Shown here: piece by piece, positions 1-12,700 of the stretch
Layout of the letters: each line of letters starts with the position of its first letter
Position numbering within the stretch: position 1 is the first letter of the stretch
From: Schmidtea polychroa
Taxonomy: Eukaryota
Assembly: GCA_044892525.1 (NCBI GenBank)
Contig: CM097885.1
Coordinates: 207,142,001 to 207,206,000 of the forward strand
Direction: 5' to 3'
DNA length: 64,000 bases
The notes under the pieces: model-generated
Databases searched by the model: none
What the model was told of the DNA's origin: nothing
Seen by the model: only the letters and a program-made list of their open reading frames with translations
Made by a program: the position numbers and the translations under genes

Positions 1-147
1 TGAGGCTATAGTCCATTTAGCTCTGTGATTATTGTGGCCCTGGCAGAAATACAATCAGCTTTCGTTGTACTACAAAACTATTTATTTAAATTGGAAATGA
101 GTTTATCAAGACAAAATTTTTTAATTAAATTTGCAATTCCTTTAGGG

Positions 148-935
148 CAGTGTTTCCCAGACTTTTGGTACTACCTACCACCTTGATCATTTTCATTATA
201 TAATGAACCCCTTTGCTTTAAAATTTTATATAATGATTAAATTTTTTATAATATCTTTTTTAAAATATACGACCTTTAAATTAAAAGCGTTAATGAAAAA
301 TTAAATACTTTTATAACTGAAATATTGTAAAATAAAAAATACTATACTTAATTTATTGTAATTAATGAGAAGGATGAAATTGCTTATGCTGAGATAATAA
401 TTCATCATAATTTGGTTCTCTGTTGATTAATTTTAATCTTAGATTTCAACATCTAAAAGCCTACTTCTTTTTTTCGATTTAAAATCTACAAATGTAGAAA
501 AAGCAACTTTACATAAATATGATGTTGGAAACGGAAAGATGCATTTCAGGGCATTTTCTGATAAAGAAGGATATGTTGATTGTAGGTGTAATCAGAATGA
601 TGGAAAAGAGCGTTTCATATGCTTATTTTTCAAGAAACGATATGAAGATATTTCTAATAAGCTTTCTTCTCCTGCATATGATAATCCATCTGGCATCGAT
701 GTTATATTAATATCAAATGGATATCTTATCCATTCTATATTTTTCTTTAAATCAGGGAAATATTTTTCGAGACCAACTTGCAAATTCTCCAAATGCTGAG
801 CTATACAGCTCAGAATATCATCATCAATTGTATTACCAGAATAAATTATAAAAATTTTTTTTTATTTTTCTAATATTTAGATAAAAGAAGATTGAAAAGG
901 CCTGCGTACTCCCAAAAAATCCATCGCGTACCCCC
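148..935 (-). mobile_element. Decayed Buster-type hAT transposon remnant
   Basis: Buster-like terminus CAGTGTTTCCCAGACTTTT at 148 is preceded by an NNNTANNN 8-mer (CTTTAGGG). The minus-strand ORF 592-792 (KYFPDLKKNIEWIRYPF...EESLLEISS) resembles the C-terminal part of Buster/ZBED5-type transposases. Subterminal CGCGTACCCC occurs near 925, but the second TIR is missing. Confidence 0.6.
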
Positions 936-1025
936 ATTTATAGATTATAGACTATAGGTTACTTTTTCCGCTTTTTAACACAAATTTTCGGAATCGGCTT
1001 TATCTAGTGGTATTTGATATATAGT

Positions 1026-2174
1026 TAAGGTGATCAGACGTCCCTCTTTTGGCGGGACAGTCACGATTTTTCACGATTTATCCCGCGTTAAAATGAATAA
1101 AAAATATGTCAAGGAATAAAATATTATACTCCCTCCGTCCGGTAATATGGTATACATTTCAACAAAAATCGTAGATTATCGTGAATATAAAAATAAATAG
1201 TCATAGTAAATATTCATGAAAATATAACCTAAAATATTTGACTTAAGTAATATCATTCTTAGTTAAAAACTTACCACTCAAACATCAGTGTTTCTTGAGG
1301 TAGATAAAATTAGTACCGCTGCAAGACGAATATGGAAAATGTGGAAGGAAATTTGTTAAATTTAGAAAGAAGAGATTCAAAATATAAACAGCTAACTAAA
1401 GAACAACGTCAAGGTATTTTTGAAAAATTATTACAGCAGATGAAAGAGAATAAGTTAAAACACGGTGCAATCAACGAAGTTGCTACTGCGTTTCAAGTTT
1501 CCCGGCTAACCGTTAGCAGAATTTGGCATGCAGCACAAACTCAATACAGAAAAGGTAAGATATGTGCCGATGTTTCTTCAAAAAAGAAAAAAAAGATGCG
1601 GAAGAAAACCTAGAATTAATTAATCAATTAATCAATTAGAAGCGAATACTCTCGATAAAGTTTTTACAACATTGCAAGCATGTATGGAGTCAATTATGTT
1701 AGCAGATGGAGGAAATGGCTATAAATAACCTCATTTAAGTAAAGGAAAACTTCGTCGCGAAGGTCGACTGCTAGAAAAATATGTATGTTCTAAAGAAGCA
1801 TACAATAAAGCCAAATCAAATTTCGAGTGAACTTATTAATATTAATATTTATTTTTTTAAATTTTATTTAATATTTACATTAATATTTATTAAAATGTTT
1901 CAAATAAAGGTAATATAATAAACTTGTCATGTACATTTTTTGATTTATTTTATTTTTTCGCAAATGTATACCATATTTCCGGACAACAAAAATCGCTCAA
2001 ATGTATACCATATTTCCGGACGGAGGGAGTACAATTTTTTATATTTATAAATTGTACTTATGTTAAAAATCAAAAAATATTACCATATTATTTTTATTCT
2101 ATATGAAAATTTTTGTTGATACCCCCTCCTTAAAAGTTGTCCCACTTTGCCCATCTAAAAATCTGGTCACCTTA
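1026..2174. mobile_element. Non-autonomous hAT element (TAGGGTGACCAG-type TIR) carrying a nested mariner
   Basis: TIRs TAAGGTGATCAGA (1026) and TCTGGTCACCTTA (ends 2174). Exact 8-bp TSD TATATAGT at 1018-1025 and 2175-2182. Confidence 0.85.
1129..2029 (+). mobile_element. Internally deleted mariner-like element with plant/oomycete-type (Stowaway-like) TIRs
   Basis: TIRs CTCCCTCCGTCCGG(T/A)AATATGGTATACATTT with TA TSDs at 1127-1128 and 2030-2031. The N-terminal HTH fragment (ORF 1332-1613, GAINEVATAFQVSRLTVSRIW) is joined to a C-terminal fragment at about 1630-1830 (LDKVFTTLQACMESIMLADGGNGYK*PHLSKGKLRREG). The catalytic domain is deleted. Confidence 0.85.
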
Positions 2175-2267
2175 TATATAGTTGCCATGAAAATAAATGA
2201 AACAATCAAACTAAATATTAATAAAGGTTTTCAAAACTATATTAAATTTTTAATTTTGTGTAATCAC

Positions 2268-5200
2268 TTAGATTTGCTGAAATTTACATTCACTTGCAAA
2301 GTAAAATAATATTAAATACTTTAAGTCCCCATCTTCTCATTTTCAAAATCCAACAAAGTTCTAATGAGCAATTGTGACATCTAACCCAATTGCACCCACT
2401 GACTTTTTCCAGTAAAACTTTGCAATCCAAACACCGCATTACTTGTCCATTTTGTATTTTTGACTAGATAAAATGCGCTCAAGAAGAGAATTTGAACAAG
2501 GTTTACTTCAATATTTTTTAAAGTAACATCCAATAGCTGTTTGTTTTGATATTCTTTACAACTTTCATTCACATGAATAGCCTTGCATTCAGTGCAGTTT
2601 TTAATTCCGCACTTTCTACATGTGAACTCTTTTTGTTTCGATTCGAACTCATAAAATGCTTCACAATTTGGAGTTTGACATTGGTAAAATGAATTTATTG
2701 ACTTTTTGGAAAGATTAGCGAATTTTGTTTGATATAAATTAAGTTCATCTTTGGATATTATCTAATAAAATAATAATTAATGGAAAGGTATTGCTATAAC
2801 AAATACGCTCTGGATTTCTCTATCTGTGATTATATCATTACAGTATAACTTTGGACATATAATCGGCACTATATTCGTTGAGTTAATGTGTCCATTGAGG
2901 CATGGCCTAGAGAATTTTTACAGATTATTTTTTATTATGTACAATTAAAAATAATTATATTATAGATTAATTTGTGAAAAAATTTCAAAAAATAGAAAGT
3001 TTTAAAAAAAGTGAGATAATAATAATTTACAATAAACTAATAATATAAACATGAATATGGGAATGTTTAATAAATAAATGACATGGATCAATAATATTGC
3101 TTGAAAAAAAAATATTCACTTTTTTTCCTGATTAGAATTTTTTAAGTAAATATTATATAATGCATATTTCCAAATTTTAAGTAATTGAAACATTATTTTA
3201 TAATTATCAATATTAAGTAATGAGGACTATAGAGCAGTTTGACATTGAAGAACCATGTATTACTTTTACTGACCCTGTGATGAAATTAAAAAGTCAAACT
3301 GTGCTGGTGCCTTTATTTTATCGTCAACGCTGATTTTTTTTTCCCAATTGTCTGTATCTCCATTTCCTTTTAAACTCTAGATTAATATTTGGTTTAGTAG
3401 TGCCTCCACTTTATAGATATTTGCATATTTATTTATGTAGATATATTATATTATAATGTACTAAAAGATATAGAAAACAAAACACTTGTGTAAATAATCA
3501 GAATAAAAGAAATACACAAATTAAAAATAAATAGAAACAAGAACAGGCCCGTTCCTGGCGGGGGTGTAGAAGGTGCCCCCGCACGAGAGCGGCCAAGTTG
3601 AAGGGCGGCCGCCGACCTGCTATTATTATATTTTTAAAAAATTGATTTTAAATAATCTAACAAATAAAGTATGCATAATAAAAGTAAGTTTTACTATTTA
3701 GAAATTTTATTATGAATAAGAAAATATTAAACCTTCTTAGATGTCAGAAAGAAAAAGAAAAAGGAAATCTGGTGCTTATTATCGAAAAAAAGGAAATAAA
3801 ATTAAAAGAAATAAAAAAACTAAGTGGATGTTTAATACAGTTTTTGGAATCCTCAAAAAATTCATCTGCGGCAAGTACGTCAGAAAGAATGCAGTAAAGC
3901 GTTGGGTAATTTAAAAAAATTTTTAAATGAGAAACGAAACGATGCCAGTTTTAATGAATATATAAGTGAAGCTACAAACCTTGCACAAGTTATTGATGTA
4001 GAAAATGAATTTCCACAAACTCGTATAAGAAAAAGACCTCGTCAATTTTTATATGAATCATGTGATGAGTTTGTAGAACATTCTAAACAAAACTTTAAAA
4101 TTAATTTTTATTTTCTTATTATAGATAGAGCGAATAATTCTGTAGAGGAAAGATTTACGTTATTAGATCAATGTAAATATATATAAGGTTTTTTTTGTAT
4201 ACTTTCCACTCAATAGATTCAGATATTTTTAAAAAATGTTGCTTGGATTTGGAAATTTTTCTACAAATAAATGTTAAGGACATTATAGAAAAAGACGTAA
4301 ATGGTTTTGAATTATTTAACGTAATATTAAGTTTTAGGAAAATATTTTCCACCGCGGGAAAGCCTGTAATGACTTTGAATTACATCATACAAAACGACTT
4401 AATATCCTCATTTCCCAATTTTTCTAGGGCGTTAAGAATTTTTTAACGCTGGCTGTAACTGTAGCATCTGGAGAAAGAAGATTTTCTAAGCTAAAATTAA
4501 TAAAAACTTATCTCAGGTCATCGATGTCAGAAAAAAGGCTAACCAATTTTGTACCAATCTTGTTATCGATAGAAAAAGATATTTGTGAGAATTTAAACTT
4601 GTCCCAAGTAATTGATGATTTTGCTTCAGCAAAAGCAAGAAGAGTAAAATTGTGAAATCTTTTTTTGGTACTTTGTTTTATATGAAACTAATAATTTTTT
4701 TGTTTATTGGAATAAAATATTAAACCATACTTGTTGATTTACAAATTTTAGTTACATTTTATAAAAAAAATTATTAAAAAAACTTTGCTTTTTTAATATA
4801 GCATGTTGTCATAAATAAATAAAAACTTTTTCTTCACTCATTTTTATTAGGTTTTCATATTCTATATTCAATTCCATTAGGGTTAATTTTTACAAGATAA
4901 TAATCCCCATCAGGTGATCCGCACATCAGCAAATTCTAATCAAAAAATTAAATTAATAAGGGCACCAATATTGTTTTTTCACCTAAGCGGCCAGCAACGC
5001 AGGAACACACTGAACAAGAATATAAAGAAGAGATGAAACTCAGCCATAAAATTTCTACTAACTATTCAGAAGAAACTTTTCATCCAGCACCAGTATCACA
5101 GCCAAATAATTATTACCTTCAGATGGAATTCAGATCCCGACTTCACTATTTTATAATTAATAAATTTTGGAAGTTATTAATTATAATGTTTTTCATAGTT

Positions 5201-7906
5201 AAAATAATTGTAGTTAGGGTGTAGAAAAATGACGGGTAAAGAATTTGAGAGGGGTGAGTTTATGTAAAAATTTTTAAGAAAATATAAATATGATATAATA
5301 TAATGTTGCAAGTGTGAGCTTATATAAAAATTTATAAACGAATACAAATGTAAATAATGTAAAAAATATAAATAAATATAAAATACAGTAATCGCATATT
5401 TTCTCATCTACCAGCTATATGTCATATATATTTCAAATTTTTATACCGAATTTAACTTACCTTATATCAACTCTTTTAAATTAATTAATCAATTCTTTTT
5501 TACTAGTTAAAAGTCGCTAATTATATGAAGGTGTTGGCTATACCCACCTGAGCGTTATATGCGCAAAAATACAGTACATAAATTTAATCAAAATTTTCAT
5601 ATGTTAAAATTACCTGCAGAACAAATGAGAACAACTACGTAATTTGATCCCATCTCCTTTACATATGCTCATACTACATAACATGCATTCAAAGACAACT
5701 TGATTAAATAAAAGGTCAACGTTTTCAAGAGCTTGTAAAGAGTTTCTCGTATCTAATTTATTTTTTTCATTCAGAAATTGTGATGCCACTCTAAGTTCCG
5801 TCTGATAGAAAAAAAATAATTAAATAAAAATAAAAAAATAATTATAAGAACTTTTTTTTCCTATTTCACCACTGATTTCTTTTCCACTGTATTTATTAAA
5901 AAGCTTGAAGACTTCAAGCTTTTTAAAAAAAAATAATTATAATAAAAGTTCTAAAAATATCCATTAAGCATGTCAACATATGTTATGTAATATGAAAATA
6001 TGAAAACGTTAACAAAGTTATTTTAAAAAGTTAATGCCAACAGAAAATATTAAAAATTAATTTTTGCATTTAAACTATCCTAACTCTTTTCAGAGCCAAA
6101 GTTTTAATGAAAGTATAAACAACTAAGACTTTTTTTTCAAGCATCTTACAAAATTTTCAAAAGATTTGCAATTTTTAATTATTGAAATCTAATTGTCCTT
6201 GTACTTTTTCAAATTCCCCTTTATTTTCACTTTTATTTGAAAATGGAACTTCTAATCTTGACTAATTTTAATTTAATATCTAATTAATTTGATCAATCAC
6301 AGTGAATTTAACAAATAAATAAATATACAGGGTTTATCAGATCATAAGACAACATTTAGTTCAATTTAGATAAATTGCAAGTAACTAAATTAATTAACGA
6401 TTTTCTGTTTTTATAAGTTTTCTTTTATTTCGACACTTTCCGATCATAATTTGATAAATCCATTCTTACCATGATCTTCCCCACCATCTCATTTTCAAAT
6501 TTTAATTCGATGAGTTCTTGATTTTGAATTTTCAAAATTCTTTGTTTAATTATTTGGAAAAAATTAATAGTTGGAAAGTGAATCAGTGTTAATGGAAGTT
6601 ATGTTGAGAATTAAATCTTAAATATCTGTCTTGTTTATCATACAGAATTTGGTTACACTAACTTTATTATTTCTATTCAAGTCTAAGGACTTTGCATACT
6701 CACAGCGTAATTTATGACACCTGGTGTATTTAAAGTACGATTGTATTTGTAATTATAGAACTTTTGTGAATCGGGCTTGTATTGAATTATTTATTTTACT
6801 TTTATCAGTAATTTGTTCTATCTGCCTATATTACAGACTCTAGTTTTGTCCATGGCACACATTTTTATTATATGTTAGTTTAATATATATCATTGTGGTG
6901 ATTATTTATTGTCATTCAGATTCGTATTATTTGCGGTTGAAAATTTTATTTTATTTGATAATATCTTTATAATTTATCAAATTGCCTGGTAAATAAAATA
7001 TATATCGAAAACGAACCCGGCAAATGATATCTTTTTGCCTTTTACTTATCGCTTGATATTGTGAACATGTGTAAAATTTGTGAGGAGCTTTGCATTTGAT
7101 GCAATTGTACAGACTACAAATATGACACTGGTATTGAACATCGTGATCTGAATAAATTATTGATCCGTGACATTGAGGCAGAATACATTTATGAACTCGA
7201 TCAATTAAGCCAATACAAAGATTTTCATATTTTTCTATCAAATCATCCGCTAGTATCTGAATAATTAAGAATTAAGAATACGTATTTTATGTTTTATCAT
7301 ATTAAAGGAGAGCCCTCTAAAATGTAGAGCACTAGGCCCCTCCCCTTCACCAGCGATTTCAAAATTTTCAAAAATTGGATTGTCCATTTAATAAAGAACT
7401 TTTATTACTTTTTCCAATTAAAGAGTTCCCTTTCATTATATGGTTATGATTTTGTTTTCGGTGTATATAGTTTTATAATCCTACAATGTAGAGTATCGTA
7501 AGACGATTATTTCTCATTAAAGAACTATATATAATATATATAACCATTACAAGCTTTGTGATACCCAGTGCAAATTTCAATAGTAGACTAGTTTCGAGCT
7601 TTTGGCTCTCATCAGTACTATGCAGGAGACGCGAAGATTTCTCTTCGCGCCAGGTAAGTATACAATATTGCTGATTCAACTCTATAGCATACTTTCCCTG
7701 GTACACTGGAAATCACATTACTTGCAAATTAGCTAATTCACAGAAAAATATCTGTAAACTTGAAAACATGGCGGATGAAAATCACCTCTGGAGACAAAAA
7801 AATAGTCTATACACAGAAACTGTGCATCCGTAAACCTTTAGCATTTTTAACTTGTTATGGTGTAAAATATTTTTTACGGATATCTAACATTTGAATAATC
7901 TAAACA

Positions 7907-7985
<79 letters not shown>

Positions 7986-9350
7986 GAACTTTTTTTACCA
8001 ATTTCACTACTAATTTTTTTTCCATTGAATTTATTAAAAAGAGCTTGAAGACTATAAATCAGTAAATATATCAAAACATCGATATATTTACTGATTTATA
8101 GTCTTCAAGCACTTTTTAATAAATATATATAGTTTTTATTGTACTTCCTAGCCATGCCTTTCTTAATCACGCACTTGTATTGCACATGTCTTTCTTAATC
8201 ATAGTTTATAAAAATCAATAATAAACTTTGGTTAATACATTTATTTAATAATGTAAATTATGGAAGATTACACAAATCAATGAATATTGTTAAAAATGTT
8301 ATCAATAAAGTTCCATCTCTTGAGTGATAGATTATTTCCTCAATTGTGTAAAGAAAATGATGACGAATTCGGACGACTTATCTTACATACAGAAGTAAGA
8401 TGGATATCGAAAGGAAATTGTTTTAAAGGATTTTATGCAATATTTGATACAATTGTGATTTATCATTTAAATTGACTATTAGAATAACTTTTAAAATAAT
8501 TTTTAAATTGAATTTTTTAAATTGAAATTTTTAAAATTTAAAATTGAAAAATTAAACTAGCTTTTTAAAAAAAGTTTTATTAGTAAATAATTTTTAAATA
8601 AATATATTTTAAATATCAAATTTTAATAAATGATTTTGAAAATATTTTATTCAACGCTGAAAATTTGTTTGAAAATTATACAATATTTCATTAAATAAAT
8701 ACTTGGAATTATGTCGCTAACTTTTGAACCGGATTTAAAAAATAATTTAGAAGATGTGCTAATAATAATGTGCATTAATAATAATGTAAATAATAATGTA
8801 AATAATAATAATGTGCTAATATGATAATACGATTCAAAGACTTGCATGATAATACCGGATTGGATAATTAATCCATTTTTATCGGATGTAGAAAGTATCA
8901 GTTAAAATTTAAAAGAGCAGTTTATTAAGCTACAAAATGACTGAATCTAAAATAATATTTAATCAATGTGATTATGATGTTTTTTGGGTCAGTTTCGCTA
9001 TCAATACCCTCCTCAGTGGAAAGAGGTAAAATTACTCATCACAGCATTTAGTAGAAAAGGGTTTTAGTGCAGTAACGCATATATTAAAAAAATCACGACA
9101 CTAACACGTCTGATTTGAGAATCGCGAATTAATACATTACAATTTGCAATTGGGCATTTGATTTTCGGATGAAGATTTTTTTCCAAATAATCACTTACGC
9201 ATTTCCTATAAATAAATTGTAAAGATTATGAGTTTCAAAATAAATGATAAAACAATACCAACAAAATGAATGATTGCATTTCAAAATCGATAATTCATTT
9301 TGTTCTTTTTCGCTTTTGCAAATTAAGCATTCATTATAAATATTTATCAT
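2268..9350 (-). CDS. HOIL-1/RBCK1-like RBR E3 ubiquitin ligase, gene A (RING1-IBR-RING1-IBR-RING2), 8 exons, about 375 aa
   Basis: Hand-spliced exons, all GT-AG with the frame conserved: 9350-9259, 9205-9106, 7256-7017, 5801-5614, 2906-2807, 2761-2507, 2463-2320, 2276-2268 (1128 nt, no internal stop). Motifs: CLIC..CNHSFCWKC..CPIANC; IBR CILPQC..CHIC..CIKCKAPH..C; CMLC..CSHLFCRPC..CPKLYC; IBR CQTPNC..CRKC..CTECKAIH..C; RING2 MRCLDCKVLLEKVSGCNWVRCHNCSLELCWILKMRRWG. Human HOIL-1 has MRCPQC...KKDGCDWIRCTVCHTEICW...RWG. The last 9-nt exon is the least certain. Confidence 0.85.
3544..5012 (+). mobile_element. Internally deleted hAT transposon (Tip100/ZMYM1-like) in intron 4 of gene A
   Basis: Imperfect TIRs (CAGGCCCGTTCCTG; reverse complement of the right end is CAGTGTGTTCCTG). 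Exact 8-bp TSD AACAAGAA at 3536-3543 and 5013-5020. Frameshifted transposase C-terminus ending in a hAT dimerisation motif (FPNFSRALRIF..VTVASGERRFSKLKLIKTYLRSSMS) at about 4400-4655. Confidence 0.85.
5843..5955. repeat. Small dispersed foldback repeat, copy 1
   Basis: TATAAGAACTTTTTTTTCC..TTTCACCACTGATT..ATTTATTAAAAAGCTTGAAGAC with an internal hairpin. Related copies at 7981, at 13814 plus 29918, and near 63305. Confidence 0.6.
7912..7980. repeat. (TA)n microsatellite
   Basis: Uninterrupted TA dinucleotide run. Confidence 0.95.
7981..8125. repeat. Small dispersed foldback repeat, copy 2, with an approximately 45-bp-stem hairpin
   Basis: TTTATTAAAAAGAGCTTGAAGACTATAAATCAGTAAATATATC, a short loop, then GATATATTTACTGATTTATAGTCTTCAAGCACTTTTTAATAAA. 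Confidence 0.7.
8255..9100 (+). pseudogene. Decayed Buster/ZBED5-type hAT transposase fragment in intron 2 of gene A
   Basis: LCKENDDEFGRLILHTEVRWISKGNCF matches the hAT LHTEVRWLSRG motif. Downstream frames are broken by stops and frameshifts. Confidence 0.7.
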
Positions 9351-9790
9351 ATCTAAATAAATTGAAATGCTACGCTTTATTTCGATAATATTAGTAAAAT
9401 ATATAGTTTTTTTACTGTTCAAATTTATCAATTATACGGATCTTAATTTAAATAAATCAAGGTCAATTAATGATTATTATATCAAATTTACAATAGTCAA
9501 TAATTAATCCTAATTATATGAAAATGAATTTTCAAATTATGAATTTTCAAAATGATTTTCAAATGCAATCATTTATTTTGTTTTAGCATGATTTATTTAA
9601 TCAACATTATAATATTTATTTATAATATTGTGATTAAAATCTAAAATATGAAATTGTTTAAAAGTAATTCAGTGAAATATTTATCTAACCTTGAATTTCA
9701 AATTCAATTTGAATTAGATCCTGATTAAAATAAAATTGATTTCAAACTAATTTGTTATTTATTTTCAGTTGAATATTAATTGATTTAATA
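9351..9790. promoter_or_regulatory. Candidate bidirectional promoter and 5' UTR region between the two RBR genes
   Basis: 440-bp gap between divergent ATGs (9350 minus, 9791 plus). Each ATG is preceded by an acceptor-like sequence (TTTAG|at-ATG; TTTTCAG at 9762-9768 followed by an in-frame stop), which suggests 5' UTR introns. No specific motif was identified. Confidence 0.45.
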
Positions 9791-12700
9791 ATGGCATTAA
9801 AAAATTGTCTTGGATGTTCAGATGGTAAATTAGAAAGTGAATTGGTTAAGTTAAAATGTGTACATTCCTATTGCTGGTAAGTCTGAAATTTTATCTTTAT
9901 TACGATTACAAATCTTGTGTTCATATTAATTAATCTAGTAAATGTTTAAAATTATCAGTTTGTATTGTTATGGACAAAAATTCTACAACATCTATATCAG
10001 ATAAGTTAAAAATTAAATTTTAAATATTAAAAATTATAATTGTTTTTAACGCTAATGAACCTTAATAATTGAAGTCAGGTCCGTGGAAAATTATATTATG
10101 GTTTATTAATGGCAGTTGCAGAGGTTAAGCAAGATTGTTAGTTGTATTGATTGTGATATAAATAAAGGCAAGTAGTTTAAAACAAGTAATTGTTGTTAGA
10201 TAGTAGATGTGGATCTTACAGGAGGAGTGATTGGCGCAAACATTTTTCATACTTTTTTTTAATTTTGCAGCCCTTTATTACTACTTATAAAATAGATAAC
10301 TTTTAGTGTTATAAAATAATTATCGAAATAATAATTTCCACAATAGAAAGTTTGGTCTTTTAGACTAGTAAGACACTTACTGTCCTGATTGGTTGATTTA
10401 TAACCTAAGACCTAAAAATTCCCCCTCTACTTGATAACCTGTTTCCATTGCAGAAAATGATTCAAAAATACAAATTACAATACAAAATAAGTATAAATTT
10501 TATTGTATGTGGAAACCCCAAGTGATAAATGAGAATTAGTTTTTCCTCAGAATCGAATTAGCTGAAACAGAGCTTTTGATCATGTTTTTATGAAAAATGT
10601 CGCTTACCTAATTGTTTTGACTTGAGAGATGTTGTTTGCCATATTTAATTATTTTGTTTTTTGAAAATGAGTAGGAAAGAAACGCAGGGACACTAGTAGC
10701 TAGTTGCCAGTTTGATCAATGACAGGAAAGAGAAAATTTATAAAAAGTAGAACTAATCAATCACTAGTGTACCTGGCGTTTGGGATACCTACCATATAAA
10801 GCAGTGGTCTTCAAACTTCAAAAGCTCGCAGAACCCTTATGTGAAATGATGCATTACAATATAGATTTTATTTTTAAGTTTTTTTATGAAATTCTTGAAA
10901 TTTTTATTTATGTTTTTTATGAGAAATGAAAAATTTCTTTTAAATTATTGATTTTTTTTGGAACCCTGGGGTTCCGTAGAACACAGTTTGAAGACCATTG
11001 AAATGATTTTTAAAGTATAGATCAAAACTGTATTATAAAATTATTTTGAAAATGAATAAATTATTTTGTGTTGGGTCTTATTTGATTTTTTGAAACAGAG
11101 CATTAAGAGTCAACGTCTTTAGCGACTTTACGATGATAACTTAACAAATATATGAATATATTATAACTTAATTTCCTGATAATGTACCGTGCTATTCAAA
11201 AGTCTCCGTCTCTAAAACTAGAATAAAACAACAAAACACAATATAATTTATACTCACATATTTATACTTATTGACATTAATTATTATTCACTGATTAACA
11301 ATATGGGGGAAGAAGCTGGTGATGTTAAATTTTCGCTTGCGGATAGAGTGTTTATAGTCAGTCATGTAATAGTGTGCCAGAGTAGTGCTGAAGCTTGCCA
11401 AGGATTTCAACAACATTTCAATCGTGCACCAGAACAGCAGTGTAATACTGGAAACAGAAGTTTGAAGAAACTGGAAACTTATCCACTAGGTTCCGATTAG
11501 AAGACCGTCTAATGAAATCATGAAGGTGGTATATTTTGTAAAAGAGAATGATGGCACAAATCAACGAGAAACTGCACGAGTGTGCATGACTTCACAAACT
11601 TCTGTTCACAAATATCTCAAGGAAGAAAAAATAAAACCTTTCAAATATTCTTTTAATCAAATATTGGGAGAAGATAATCCCGATAGAAGGGTTGAATTAT
11701 GTTCTTGGATAGTCAACAAAAACAGTGTTAATTTCCATAGAAAAATTATTTTCTCAGATAAAGCTTAGTTTTATCTAAATGTTCTCGTACGAAAACACAA
11801 TCTTCTTTATTACGCTAAAGAGAATAAACATCAAAATTTTCCACAGTGGTGGATTGGTAGTAGAGGACTAAAGGAATGGCCACCAGGATCTCCAGACCTC
11901 ACGATATTGGACTTTTGGCTATGGAGCTACATCAAAGATCGTGTTTATGCCATCCATAACAATTATACAACGCTCAACGAACTTGAAGAAGCAATTTCAT
12001 ATGAATTAGTAAACATCAATTAAGAAGTCGTCTGTAAATGTTATTCAAGCTTCAGGAAACGATGCAATCTCACTTTGGAGCAAGATAGTGAACATTTTGA
12101 AAAGTTACTATGAAATTGCTTATTATTTACTGTTATTCTTTCTTTCTGTTATTGTGTTTTGTAGTGCATTAAAGTAACTCAATATATTTAGTTCGTTCTT
12201 GCTGTTGTTTTATTTTAGTTTTAGAAACGGGGACTTATGAATCGCACAGTATATTTTACAAATTTTCTTTTATCTTTAGGGAAACATTTACAGAGTTTCT
12301 ATCCCTTTAAAAGGCTTGCTGAAGAAAAAAGAACTCGCAGCAACTAATTTTTATAATTCTTTTTTCCATTTTAAGAATAAATAAAAACAATTATACATTA
12401 TGAATTTTTTTAGACATTTTATGTGTTATATTGCAGTAATTAATAAATAAACTGATATAAAGTGGACCCTAAGGTCAGAACGCCCCTTATATAAATTGGG
12501 GTTGTCGGTGAAATTAAATGTTACCAATTACTTTGTTTAACAACAATAACGAACTCAAAACGATATAAACTTTTATTGATTAACATAATTGATTTCCAAT
12601 TTACAGCGTTATCAATAATTTAATATTACAATAATGACTTGAGTTCTAATTGCATGGCACGTTTACAATATAACTTGGAATTCATAATCACTTGACTGCT

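Noticed and set aside
7473-7706. Minus-strand ORF as an extra exon of gene A
   Set aside because: Exons 9205-9106 and 7256-7017 already join in frame and match gene B, and this ORF has no RBR similarity.
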